64,000 nucleotides of DNA from contig JBAXZR010000001.1 of the NCBI GenBank assembly GCA_041670165.1, positions 52,930 to 116,929 of the forward strand. The letters run 5' to 3'. A program made the translations under genes and the position numbers. The notes under the pieces were generated by a model. That model saw only the letters and a program-made list of their open reading frames with translations, did not search any database and was not told the origin of the DNA. The stretch's first letter is position 1. Every line of letters starts with the position of its first letter. Source of the stretch: Clostridia bacterium. GTDB taxonomy: Bacteria > Bacillota > Clostridia > Christensenellales > UBA1242. Shown here piece after piece: positions 38,229 through 46,925 of this stretch.

Positions 38229-39415
38229 ACTTTTCTCCTTTCAATATTATTAACAGTTGTGTCAAGTGATCCATCAATAAAGTCAATTTTAACATTGTTT
38301 CCAATTTCCATTCCATCAACTGAAGAAATGTTTTTGTCGCCAAATCTGATTTTTGCAAAGCCTCTTGATAAAATTGCTTTTTGGTCAACTCTTTCTAAGG
38401 AATTTGATGCCATACTAAGTGCAAATGATTTGTTTTCTAAAAATGATGAAACTGCTCGTTTAAATGATTGAACTTGATTAAAAACAATTGTTTGTTTTTT
38501 TGTAACATTTTTATTAAAAATATTTTCCATTTTATTTGCCACAAAATTAAAATTTTGTTTTTTTCTTTCTGTCAATTTGTCAAGAACATTATTAAATCTT
38601 TCAATTTGATTAAAAAAATGATTTCTTTGTTCATTTCTATTAATTGTTGTCAACTCAGCTGCAGCTGAAGGAGTTGGGGCTCTAAGATCAGAGGCAAAAT
38701 CACATATTGTAAAATCAGTTTCATGTCCAACAGCTGAAACAACTGGTTTTTCACAAGCAAAAATTGCTCTTGCCACAACTTCTGTGTTAAAAGGATTTAA
38801 ATCTTCAAGTGAACCACCACCTCTAGCAACAATAACAACATCAACATTGTAGTTCGAAAAGAAATTTATGCCTTTCGCAATTTCTAGTTCTGCTTTTGTG
38901 CCTTGAACTTTAACTGGATACAAAACAATATCTGATTGAATATCTCTTCTTGTAACAACATTTATAATGTCTTGAATAACTGCTCCTGTTGGAGAAGAAA
39001 CAACTCCAATTCGTTTATATGGTGGAGTTATTTTCTTTTTGATATCGACATTAAAAAGCCCTTCTTTTTCAAGTTTTTCTTTGACGATTAAAAATTGTTT
39101 GAACAAATCTCCGCTTCCAGCAAGAGTTATGTTGCTTGCATTAAAAGAGAGTTTTCCACCTTTAACATAAAACTTTGGTGAACCAGTTAAAACAACTTGA
39201 TCACCGTCTTTAAAGCTTCTAAATAATTCAGCTCCAAACAAAACACAAGGCAAAACTGCCGTTTCATCTTTTATAGAAAAATATGCTATTCCACGAACAA
39301 CATAATATCCTGAAATTTCTCCAGTTACTTTTATGCCTTGAAGAAGTTCTTCAAAATCAAAAATTTTCTTGATTATGTTTCCAAGTGCTGTAACTGAAAA
39401 TATTTTTTCTTGCAT
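38225..39415 (-). CDS. xseA: Exodeoxyribonuclease VII large subunit
   Basis: N-terminal OB fold (VTGEISGY...GIAYFSIKD), catalytic core (VARGGGSLEDL, SAVGHETD). Confidence 0.92.
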   Translation of the reverse strand: MQEKIFSVTALGNIIKKIFDFEELLQGIKVTGEISGYYVVRGIAYFSIKDETAVLPCVLFGAELFRSFKDGDQVVLTGSPKFYVKGGKLSFNASNITLAGSGDLFKQFLIVKEKLEKEGLFNVDIKKKITPPYKRIGVVSSPTGAVIQDIINVVTRRDIQSDIVLYPVKVQGTKAELEIAKGINFFSNYNVDVVIVARGGGSLEDLNPFNTEVVARAIFACEKPVVSAVGHETDFTICDFASDLRAPTPSAAAELTTINRNEQRNHFFNQIERFNNVLDKLTERKKQNFNFVANKMENIFNKNVTKKQTIVFNQVQSFKRAVSSFLENKSFALSMASNSLERVDQKAILSRGFAKIRFGDKNISSVDGMEIGNNVKIDFIDGSLDTTVNNIERRKV

Positions 39416-39417
39416 TT

Positions 39418-39822
39418 CTATTCCTTAACAATGGAAGCAAGAACACCGTTTACAAAACTTGAACTTTTTTCGCCACCATATTTTTTTGCAAGATTAACAG
39501 CTTCATTGATAACAATTTTTTTGTCAGTTTCTGGGCAAAAATTAATTTCTCCAACAGCTAGTAGAAGAACGATTGCATCAACTCTATGGATTCTATTAAA
39601 AGTGTAATCAACAAGGTTTGTTGTGATGATTTTTCTAAGTTCTTTTTTGTTTTCATTTGTTATTGACACAAGTTTTTTAACAAAAGACAAATCGTCTTCA
39701 GAACAAACTTCATTATCTTGACATAGTTCATCTAAAAACAAACTATCAGAATTTTCTGGCAACGAACCAAATTCGCTTTCAAAAATTAATTTAAAAGCAA
39801 CTTCCCTAGCATTAGTTCTCAT
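39418..39822 (-). CDS. nusB: Transcription antitermination factor NusB
   Basis: 134 aa with RTNAREVAFKLIFE and ...EAVNLAKKYGGEKSSSFVNGVL. Confidence 0.92.
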   Translation of the reverse strand: MRTNAREVAFKLIFESEFGSLPENSDSLFLDELCQDNEVCSEDDLSFVKKLVSITNENKKELRKIITTNLVDYTFNRIHRVDAIVLLLAVGEINFCPETDKKIVINEAVNLAKKYGGEKSSSFVNGVLASIVKE

Positions 39823-40235
39823 TTACTTTCTCCAATTTGATTTTCTGGCAAAATTTTTAAGGGTTCTTCTTTTTGAACAACAACATTTACAACATGTACA
39901 TTTATTCTTGCAGCTTTAACCTCAACCATGCTTGCAACGCCACTTTTTACATTTTCTTGAACTCTAAAAGCTACTTCAGGCACACTATAACCAAAGAAAA
40001 TATCAATATAAACATTGACAACCAATGTTCCATTTGAATTAAATTTAATTTGAACACCTTCAAAAAAGTTTCTGCAAAAGAATTTTTTAACAGTTGCTCT
40101 AAATGAAGAAGTTGATATTCTGGCAACGCCTTGAACTTCGCTCGTTGCAAGGACTATAATTGAAGCAAGTATACTACGATCGCAAGTGATACTGCCATTG
40201 TTTCTAATAATTTGGTCTTTATTAATTTCGCTCAT
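39819..40235 (-). CDS. Asp23/Gls24-family protein (YqhY-like)
   Basis: Asp23 pattern (SILASIIVLATSEVQGVARI...VNVYIDIFFGYSVPEVAFRVQENV...INVHV). Conserved position upstream of nusB. Confidence 0.85.
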   Translation of the reverse strand: MSEINKDQIIRNNGSITCDRSILASIIVLATSEVQGVARISTSSFRATVKKFFCRNFFEGVQIKFNSNGTLVVNVYIDIFFGYSVPEVAFRVQENVKSGVASMVEVKAARINVHVVNVVVQKEEPLKILPENQIGESK

Positions 40236-40345
40236 ATTTCCTCACATAGAAAATCTTAACATTGATTAAAGAAAAAATCAATCAATAACTTGAAGATTGT
40301 CTATTTGATGATTGTTTAACATATTTTATAAAATATTTTTATTAA

Positions 40346-40378
40346 CAAAAAACCGCTTGCAAAATTTCAAGCGGTTTT
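40346..40378 (-). terminator. Rho-independent terminator after spoIIIAH
   Basis: ACCGCTTG (40352-40359) pairs with CAAGCGGT (40368-40375), with flanking A and T runs. Confidence 0.75.
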
Positions 40379-40399
40379 AATTATTAATTAATTAATGTT

Positions 40400-40873
40400 T
40401 TATTCCACTGGAATAATTTTGATATTATCAATAGATTTGCTTGTTTGTTCTTGTATGATTGCAACGATTTGTGAAACTTCACTAGCTTCAAGTGCATCAA
40501 TACTCCTAACAATTACATTAATATTGTTTGTGCTACTTGTAACAATGACATCATTAAAACCTTTTGCTTTAATAAGACCTTCCATAACAAGTTCTGATTC
40601 AATTGCTTGAACAAGTTGAACTCTCTTTGTTTCTGCAACAGATTTTGCATCAGCACTGCTTGATTCACTTGCAATAATTGCATCAAGATAAGCTATTTCT
40701 TGATTTCTTGTTGACAATCTGTCAGTGCGATATGTTGCAAAAAAATTTGTGTCAGTTATGTTTGCACTTGTATCAACCACGCGGTTATTTAATGTAATAT
40801 TCAAATAACCAGTTACCACCAAAAGCACCGCCATTGTGATAAGAACAAATATTTTTTTCTTTTTACTAAGCAT
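40400..40873 (-). CDS. spoIIIAH: Stage III sporulation protein AH
   Basis: N-terminal TM anchor and a C-terminal YscJ/FliF-like region (ELVMEGLIKAKGFNDVIV). Last gene of the spoIIIA operon. Confidence 0.8.
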   Translation of the reverse strand: MLSKKKKIFVLITMAVLLVVTGYLNITLNNRVVDTSANITDTNFFATYRTDRLSTRNQEIAYLDAIIASESSSADAKSVAETKRVQLVQAIESELVMEGLIKAKGFNDVIVTSSTNNINVIVRSIDALEASEVSQIVAIIQEQTSKSIDNIKIIPVE

Positions 40874-40931
40874 TTTTTCAAAATCTCCTTTCTTGTTTAA
40901 ATGGTATGAACTGAACTATCATTTTAGAACA

Positions 40932-41444
40932 CTAATTTCCAGTTAATATTTCAATGTTTCCTGAAGAAATAGATAAAAGTGCTTGAATAGCTTTTAAAAC
41001 ATTTAATTTAACTGCAACATCACTTGCTCCTGAGCAAACCACAACAGCACCTTTAACTTTTGGGTAGACTTCTTTGATTACAATTTGACCATTTGAACCA
41101 AGTTCTGATTGGGCTTCTTCAAGACTAGAAAAAAATTTTTCTTCATCTTCAGAAGCAAACTTATATTCGCTTCCGTTTTCCAAGGTTATCATCACATTAA
41201 CACTTCCCGCTCCTTGAATGCTTGTAATGATGTTCTCAAGCCTTTTTTCCAAATTTTCTACATATTCAAATGTGAGTGAAGTTTCTGAAGTTGTTGTGCT
41301 TGTCGAGGTGAAAGAAGAAATGAAAATTACCAAGATTATTGCAAAAGCAAGTAACACAACTGCAATTTGAACATTTTTGTTGCTTTTAATAAATTCGACA
41401 AATTTTGTGCTTCCAAGTAAACTCTTTTTATCTTTTTCACTCAT
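40932..41444 (-). CDS. spoIIIAG: Stage III sporulation protein AG
   Basis: TM anchor plus a ring-building domain (GAGSVNVMITLENGSEYKFA...VKGAVVVCSGA). Confidence 0.85.
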   Translation of the reverse strand: MSEKDKKSLLGSTKFVEFIKSNKNVQIAVVLLAFAIILVIFISSFTSTSTTTSETSLTFEYVENLEKRLENIITSIQGAGSVNVMITLENGSEYKFASEDEEKFFSSLEEAQSELGSNGQIVIKEVYPKVKGAVVVCSGASDVAVKLNVLKAIQALLSISSGNIEILTGN

Positions 41445-41928
41445 CTATTATTATCATATCCTCCTTGACCCCAGTTATATTTATTATTGTTTTTTTCACA
41501 AGGGCTAACATATCTATATGTTCTTGTTCTGAATTTATGACTACTTGTCCAACATCAATTACCACATAAGAAATTTTGAAGTCTGTTTCAAAAATGTTTG
41601 ATTGAACATCAACAATAACTCCACTTATCCCTTGCATCTCCAAACTAGAAACAATGTTTTTTTCAATAGCTTCTTTTTTTTGTTCATTAACAATACCAAT
41701 AAATTCTGTTTGAATACTATTTGTATAATCGCTTCCAAAAAAAGCTTCAAAGTCAAATGAACCATTAAAAAGCTTTGGTAGAGGCGAAATAATGACAAAA
41801 ACAACAATAAAAGAATAAACAACTTTTACATATTTTTGCATTTGTCCTTCTGGAAGCACAAGATCTAGCACAACTCCCATAACTGCAATTCCTGCAATAC
41901 TCAAAATCCAACTTGAAAAAGCAGACAT
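41437..41928 (-). CDS. spoIIIAF: Stage III sporulation protein AF
   Basis: MSAFSSWILSIAGIAVMGVVLDLVLPEG.MQKYVK pattern. Start set at ATG 41928, which has a GGAG SD; the longer track ORF overlaps spoIIIAE. Confidence 0.85.
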   Translation of the reverse strand: MSAFSSWILSIAGIAVMGVVLDLVLPEGQMQKYVKVVYSFIVVFVIISPLPKLFNGSFDFEAFFGSDYTNSIQTEFIGIVNEQKKEAIEKNIVSSLEMQGISGVIVDVQSNIFETDFKISYVVIDVGQVVINSEQEHIDMLALVKKTIINITGVKEDMIIIDE

Positions 41929-41942
41929 ATTTTCATCTCCTT

Positions 41943-43136
41943 TCAAAAAACATTTGCTGTGCACATAATAAGACCTGTTGTAAGCAAAAACATGAACGAA
42001 ACGCAAATAAGAATTGCAACAAGCAGAGTGCATGTTTTTGCAACTGTATGAACAAAATTTGCAGTTCTACTATCAGCTAATGGTTCAAGAATTGCCGATG
42101 CCAAATGCATGCTTAAAGAAAAAATTAAAATTTTAATTATTGGAACAGCAATTGTGGCAAAAAGTAACATAAGTCCAGCAGCTCCAACAGCATTTTTAAT
42201 GAGAACACTGCTTGCCATAATGACATTAAATCCATCGGAAAGATAGCCACCAACAATTGGAATATATGACCTAATTGCGAACTTTGCAGTTCTGATTGAA
42301 ACACCATCAAGTGATGAGGCAGTTATGCCCTGAATGCTTAAAAATGCAATAAAAATTGTAAAAGAAGTCCCAAGTATCCACTTGAAACAAGATGAGAAAA
42401 ATGAAACAAATTTTTCAAATTTAAAGCTTGATGACAAATTTGAAAGAACAGAAAATATAAGAATAAATATAAAAATTGGCATAAGAACTGAAGTTCCAAT
42501 TTGAACAATACCGCCACTTAGCACAGCAACCATGGGTTGATAAACACTCACAGAAACACTACCACCAATTGTTGTCATCAAAGTTAATAGAATTGGAAAA
42601 ATTGCGTCCATTTCTTCTTTTAACAAGTTTAGTGTGCTTGTTGTCATTCCAATCATTTGTCTAACAACATTCATAACAAGCAAAATAACCACACCATAAC
42701 AAACAAAATGTACAATATCACCTGTTGCCTTGCTTCCTAATCTTGACCTAATATTAGAAACAAAACCGCATAAAATTGAAATTGAAACAATGGTTGCAAC
42801 CAATGGTAAAAAAATCAAAATATCATCAAATACTAATGCAAGTATTGCAGAAAAAAAATTCTTTCCGTTTTCTGAAAATTCACCAGAAAGAATATTCATC
42901 AAAAATTCAGAAAAATTTTTGTTTCCAAATATTTCGTATTCTTGTTCGCCAATGCTTGCTAAAATTTTTTCTATTTCTGAAATATCTAGTCCACCTAGTT
43001 GTCCGTCAATCGTGTCTTCAATTTCTGATTCAATGTCACTGGTTTCATCAGCATAGGCAGTTACAGTTGTTTTGAAAAAGGAAAGAACTAACAAAGAAGA
43101 AAGTATAATCATGATTACTAGAAAAATTTTTTTCAT
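41943..43136 (-). CDS. spoIIIAE: Stage III sporulation protein AE
   Basis: Signal peptide followed by a polytopic membrane protein of typical size; operon position. Confidence 0.9.
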   Translation of the reverse strand: MKKIFLVIMIILSSLLVLSFFKTTVTAYADETSDIESEIEDTIDGQLGGLDISEIEKILASIGEQEYEIFGNKNFSEFLMNILSGEFSENGKNFFSAILALVFDDILIFLPLVATIVSISILCGFVSNIRSRLGSKATGDIVHFVCYGVVILLVMNVVRQMIGMTTSTLNLLKEEMDAIFPILLTLMTTIGGSVSVSVYQPMVAVLSGGIVQIGTSVLMPIFIFILIFSVLSNLSSSFKFEKFVSFFSSCFKWILGTSFTIFIAFLSIQGITASSLDGVSIRTAKFAIRSYIPIVGGYLSDGFNVIMASSVLIKNAVGAAGLMLLFATIAVPIIKILIFSLSMHLASAILEPLADSRTANFVHTVAKTCTLLVAILICVSFMFLLTTGLIMCTANVF

Positions 43137-43519
43137 GGTAGCAACCCTGCCACAATAGAAATAATATTTGTAATTATTGGAAGTGAAACAACCAAAATAA
43201 TAATTTTTCCAGCAAGCAAAATTTTGTCAGCAAGGCTACTTGAACCACTATCATTGCAAATTGATGCGGCAAATTCGGTTATGTAACCAATTCCAACAAT
43301 TTTTAGCACTGAACCAAATATTTGTATTGATAGTCCGCTTTTTTCTGCTATTGTTTTAAAAATTTGTAGAACCGAAGTAAGCTGGTTAACAACCATAAGA
43401 ATAATAATTATTCCGCCAGCAACTCCAACAAGTGTCGCAATTTCTGGCTTTGTTGTTTTGAGAATAATCATTGCAACTGCAGTAGCAATTCCAATGCCAA
43501 CAATTTTAAAAATTTCCAC
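43133..43519 (-). CDS. spoIIIAD: Stage III sporulation protein AD
   Basis: 128-aa membrane protein beginning MEIFKIVGIGIATAV; operon position. Confidence 0.9.
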   Translation of the reverse strand: MEIFKIVGIGIATAVAMIILKTTKPEIATLVGVAGGIIIILMVVNQLTSVLQIFKTIAEKSGLSIQIFGSVLKIVGIGYITEFAASICNDSGSSSLADKILLAGKIIILVVSLPIITNIISIVAGLLP

Positions 43520-43535
43520 TTGTTTTTTGCTCCTT

Positions 43536-43724
43536 TTAAAAACTGAACATGCTTCTAACCGTGTCGAATAGCTCTTTAACTAGGCTAAGAACCATCAAAA
43601 GAACAATAATAAGCCCCGCAAGAGTTGAGAGCGTTGCAATTTCCTCTTTTCCTGAGTGTTTCAACACTTGATTCACAACTGCTGTCAAAATGCCAACAGC
43701 AGCAATCTTAAAAATTATATCCAC
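43536..43724 (-). CDS. spoIIIAC: Stage III sporulation protein AC
   Basis: 62-aa two-TM protein, IFKIAAVGILTAVVNQVLKHSGKEE. Confidence 0.9.
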   Translation of the reverse strand: MDIIFKIAAVGILTAVVNQVLKHSGKEEIATLSTLAGLIIVLLMVLSLVKELFDTVRSMFSF

Positions 43725-43739
43725 GCTCGTTTATCCCCC

Positions 43740-44237
43740 TTACATTAGGATCAATGCAATCAATATCCCAAATAAAATGCCAAGTTTAAATATTAAAGAT
43801 CCAAATTTCTCATTTTCCTTTTTAGAATTTTGACTGCAATCATAAAAATGTTTTTTAAAGTTTTCTAAGCTTGCAACTTGATTGCTGCTGTTAAATTTTC
43901 CTAAAGAAAGGAAAAAAGGAAATATAAATTGTTTTTCATCAGTGCTTAAAAACCAGATTCCAGCGAACATATCTTTTTCTTGAAGCGATTTTGAACTGCT
44001 AAGTAAAAATTGTTCAAAGTAATTAATAACTTGAGAAAATTCTTTTCCAAAATTTTGCCCTTTCTCAGCAACAATTTTTTTTAATTTGTTTTCAAAAAAA
44101 TTGATTTCTAGTTGAAGTGAACAAATGAAAGAATGTATATCAAAATAAAATTTTTCTCTTTTTCTATAATATCCGCTTATGGAATAACCAAGAAATGAAC
44201 AAGAAGCAACAATCAAAATAAGCAAAACGAATTTCAT
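43740..44237 (-). CDS. spoIIIAB: Stage III sporulation protein AB
   Basis: 165 aa with TM helices at both the N- and C-termini; operon position between AA and AC. Confidence 0.8.
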   Translation of the reverse strand: MKFVLLILIVASCSFLGYSISGYYRKREKFYFDIHSFICSLQLEINFFENKLKKIVAEKGQNFGKEFSQVINYFEQFLLSSSKSLQEKDMFAGIWFLSTDEKQFIFPFFLSLGKFNSSNQVASLENFKKHFYDCSQNSKKENEKFGSLIFKLGILFGILIALILM

Positions 44238-44240
44238 TTA

Positions 44241-45152
44241 TCACCCAAATTGTCCCACTCGTTCAAAGTTTTCATTATAAATTCCTTCGAATGTTCCAAC
44301 CCCATTAGATTTTGAGAGTATCACAAATCTTTCAAAACATTTGTCTTGTAAAAGCTTCTGAAAGTCAGGTTTGTTTCTAAGTTCTTTCAAATTGTTTGCA
44401 TGAATACTTGCAACAACCTTAACTCCGCAGTGAGATGCCATCATAACAGAATTGTAATCTTCTTCACCCATGAGTTCATCAGCCACAATAACATCAGGAT
44501 TCATACTTCGTACACCTTGTTCAAATCCATCATTTTTTGAAGAGAATGAAAGCACATCGCAAAATTTTCCAATATCAAATCCGCTATTAGTTCCTGCGAT
44601 TTCTCCCCTTTCATCAAGAACAAGAACATTAAAAGAAAAATTTCGATTTGAAAGTTGCCAAACAAAATCTCTCAAAAATGTTGTTTTTCCTGCACCGGGT
44701 GGAGAAATTACAAGTGTGTTAAAAATTTTGCCTTGTTCAACAATTTGATTGAAAGCAGTTAGAGAACAATTTTTGATTTGATGAGGAACACGAATATTAA
44801 TACTTGTGAAATCTTTCATTGTTTTAATTAAGCCATTTTCATGTACAACAGTTCCACAAACACCCATTCTAATGCCACCAGTCAGGCTTATAAAGCCTCG
44901 TTTAAGTTGTTCGTTTACGGCATAGAGTGAACATTCACTGGCTCTAAAAACAATGTCTTCAATCATTTCTTTTGTTGCAATAATGGCGGTGTTTGGTTCT
45001 CCTGTAAGCCCAGTCGAACTTAGAAAATATGAAACCATTCCAATGCAAACAACAACTGGTTTGTCGCATCTAAGTCGAATTTCATTGATTTTTGATATTC
45101 CAATTTTTTCAAGCAAAATTTCTTCCATTTGCGGATTGAAAATGTTTTTCAT
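44241..45152 (-). CDS. spoIIIAA: Stage III sporulation protein AA (secretion-type ATPase)
   Basis: Walker A SPPGAGKTT, Walker B VIVADEL. First gene of the operon. Confidence 0.9.
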   Translation of the reverse strand: MKNIFNPQMEEILLEKIGISKINEIRLRCDKPVVVCIGMVSYFLSSTGLTGEPNTAIIATKEMIEDIVFRASECSLYAVNEQLKRGFISLTGGIRMGVCGTVVHENGLIKTMKDFTSINIRVPHQIKNCSLTAFNQIVEQGKIFNTLVISPPGAGKTTFLRDFVWQLSNRNFSFNVLVLDERGEIAGTNSGFDIGKFCDVLSFSSKNDGFEQGVRSMNPDVIVADELMGEEDYNSVMMASHCGVKVVASIHANNLKELRNKPDFQKLLQDKCFERFVILSKSNGVGTFEGIYNENFERVGQFG

Positions 45153-45186
45153 TTTTTTCCTCTCTTTTATGTTGAAGCTTGATTAA

Positions 45187-45215
45187 ATTGTATTTAGGTT
45201 TGTCCTTGTTTATGA
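45187..45215 (-). promoter_or_regulatory. SigmaE-type promoter candidate for the spoIIIA operon
   Basis: The - strand reads TCATAAA, 14-nt spacer, AATACAAT. The remembered B. subtilis sigmaE consensus is ZHATAxx-14-CATACAHT. About 35 nt upstream of ATG 45152. Confidence 0.4.
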
Positions 45216-45231
45216 CTGTTTGTCCACAATT

Positions 45232-45258
45232 AAAAAAATCACTTGCCCAAGGCAAATG
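45232..45258 (-). terminator. Rho-independent terminator just upstream of the spoIIIA promoter
   Basis: The - strand reads CATTTGCC-ttg-GGCAAGTG followed by ATTTTTTT. Confidence 0.6.
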
Positions 45259-45445
45259 ATTGATATACGAAAATTTGTTAATTATATTATTATTATTTGA
45301 TTATAATGTAAATAACTTTCAAAACAAAACTTTTAATAAATTTATTTGATTAGCTTTTTCTTTTGAAATAATAAAATTTTAAATGAATTTTAATATTTTA
45401 ATATATTTACATTTTTACAATTTTAAAATAAAACACATAAATTTT

Positions 45446-45472
45446 TAAAAAAACCACCGATTGGTGGCTTTT
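45446..45472 (-). terminator. Rho-independent terminator after efp
   Basis: The - strand reads GCCACC-aatc-GGTGGT followed by T7. Confidence 0.75.
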
Positions 45473-45482
45473 AATTTGTTTG

Positions 45483-46043
45483 TTATTTAACTCTTTCCAT
45501 ATAAGTTGCTGTTCTTGTGTCAACACGAATTTTTTCACCATTGTTGATAAATAGTGGAACATTGATGTGGAGTCCTGTTTCAAGTATGGCAGGTTTGTTG
45601 CCAGACTTACTTGTATCTCCTTGAATTCCGGGTTCACAATCAACAATTGTGAGTTCAACAAAATTTGGTGGAACAACTGAAAAAGCTGATCCTTTGTAGA
45701 ACTGGATTGTTGCCATACCATTTTCAACGATATAGTTTAAACAATCACCAACTTGTGATTTGTTAAGAGGAATTTGGTCATATGTTTCCATATCCATGAA
45801 ATAATACAACTCACCTTCGTTGTACAAATATTGCATATCTTTTTTATCAATAACTGCAATTTGAAATTTGTCTGAAGGGTTGAATGTAAGTTCATTAACT
45901 TGACCAGAAATAATATTCTTTATTTTTGCTCTAACAAATGGTGATCCTTTTCCTGGTTTAACATGCAAAAAGTCTACAACGATATAAATGTTACCATCCA
46001 TTTCAAATGTTACACCTTTGCGAAAATCTCCTGCACTGATCAT
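45483..46043 (-). CDS. efp: Elongation factor P
   Basis: [20 protein letters not shown]...[17 protein letters not shown]; 186 aa. Confidence 0.96.
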   Translation of the reverse strand: MISAGDFRKGVTFEMDGNIYIVVDFLHVKPGKGSPFVRAKIKNIISGQVNELTFNPSDKFQIAVIDKKDMQYLYNEGELYYFMDMETYDQIPLNKSQVGDCLNYIVENGMATIQFYKGSAFSVVPPNFVELTIVDCEPGIQGDTSKSGNKPAILETGLHINVPLFINNGEKIRVDTRTATYMERVK

Positions 46044-46302
46044 AAATATATCTCCTTAAACTGGAGTAGTCTATCACAATTACAGGTGTTTTGTCAATTT
46101 GAAAATGATGTTATTTCTAATTAGTTGAAGAAAATTAGTGTTTTTTAGTAGAAAAATAATAAAATTGCTTGCAAAATTGAATGTATAATGTTAAACTCTC
46201 AAAGCTAAATGAAACTCTTAGTAAAATTAACAAAATTTGATAACAGTTTCTATGGTTATGTGGGTTTTAAAAATAAATCCCCTAAAATGATATGGAGGAA
46301 AC

Positions 46303-46491
46303 ATGAGCAGAGTTTGTGAAATTTGTGGTAAAGGAAAGATGCCTGGTTGCACAGTAAGCTTTTCAAACCGTAAGGCCAATCGCCAATATGAAGTAAATTT
46401 GCAATCAACAACAGTTGAAATTGATGGCAAGCTTAAAAAAGTTAAAGCTTGTACAAAATGCAAAAAAACACTTGCCAAGTATGCTAAGTGA
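46303..46491 (+). CDS. rpmB: 50S ribosomal protein L28
   Basis: MSRVCEICGKGKMPGCTVSFSNRKANRQYEVNLQ; GGAGGAA SD. Confidence 0.95.
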   Translation: MSRVCEICGKGKMPGCTVSFSNRKANRQYEVNLQSTTVEIDGKLKKVKACTKCKKTLAKYAK

Positions 46492-46493
46492 TT

Positions 46494-46528
46494 AAAAACA
46501 AGCCAAAATTTTAAGGCTTGTTTTTTTT
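46494..46528. terminator. Bidirectional terminator shared by rpmB (+) and the small ORF (-)
   Basis: AACAAGCC (46497-46504) pairs with GGCTTGTT (46515-46522), followed by T8 on the + strand and T5 on the - strand. Confidence 0.8.
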
Positions 46529-46542
46529 ATCTTATGTATACT

Positions 46543-46614
46543 CTATTGCTTTTTAATAAAAAGCTTAAGAAGAAAAGAAATTAATTTGGGAACTTTTATA
46601 CAAACAATTTTCAT
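46543..46614 (-). CDS. spoVM: Probable stage V sporulation protein M (23-aa amphipathic peptide)
   Basis: Hand translation gives MKIVCIKVPKLISFLLKLFIKKQ*. SD AAAGGAGAA with 5-nt spacing. It shares M1 K2, I6 K7 and P9 K10 with B. subtilis SpoVM as I remember it (MKFYTIKLPKFLGG...). It occupies the same rpe/rpmB position as B. subtilis spoVM. Too short for the ORF track. Confidence 0.65.
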   Translation of the reverse strand: MKIVCIKVPKLISFLLKLFIKKQ

Positions 46615-46863
46615 TTGTTCTCCTTTATTATTCAATTATATGTAAAAGTTTGTTCTTTGGTGATTGATTAAATTTAATAAAAAGTAAGTAAATGCATTTA
46701 TTAATTGAAACAATTACTTTTCGTTTCAATTTAAAACATATTAATAAAAATTGTAAATCATGAGAATTGCCATAATTTAACAATTATGAAAATTAATTTG
46801 GATATGTAAGAAATAAATTATTTTTTTATGAAAATAAGCTATATAAACTAGTTTTTTTTTAAT

Positions 46864-46888
46864 TAAAAAAATTGACTTGTTGTCAATT
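46864..46888 (-). terminator. Rho-independent terminator after rpe
   Basis: The - strand reads AATTGAC-aacaa-GTCAATT followed by T7. Confidence 0.65.
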
Positions 46889-46925
46889 TTTAATGTTAAT
46901 TTTTGTAGTCTATGCTCAGTTTTGC

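Noticed and set aside
38017-38253. 78-aa + strand ORF antisense to xseB, and similar S/L/F-rich antisense ORFs inside pheT, pheS, spoIIIAE and ligA.
   Set aside because: All are nested antisense to confidently identified genes. They show the mirror-codon compositional bias and lack SDs.
46184-46302. A roughly 107-nt rpmB leader with a small GGG...CCC hairpin near the SD, considered as a ribosomal-protein autoregulatory leader.
   Set aside because: The promoter call is weak (poor -35), the hairpin is only 3-4 bp, and I cannot match it to a known leader family without a covariance-model search.
46227-46478. 83-aa - strand ORF antisense to rpmB.
   Set aside because: It is nested antisense in a highly conserved ribosomal protein gene, with no SD and no recognisable family.
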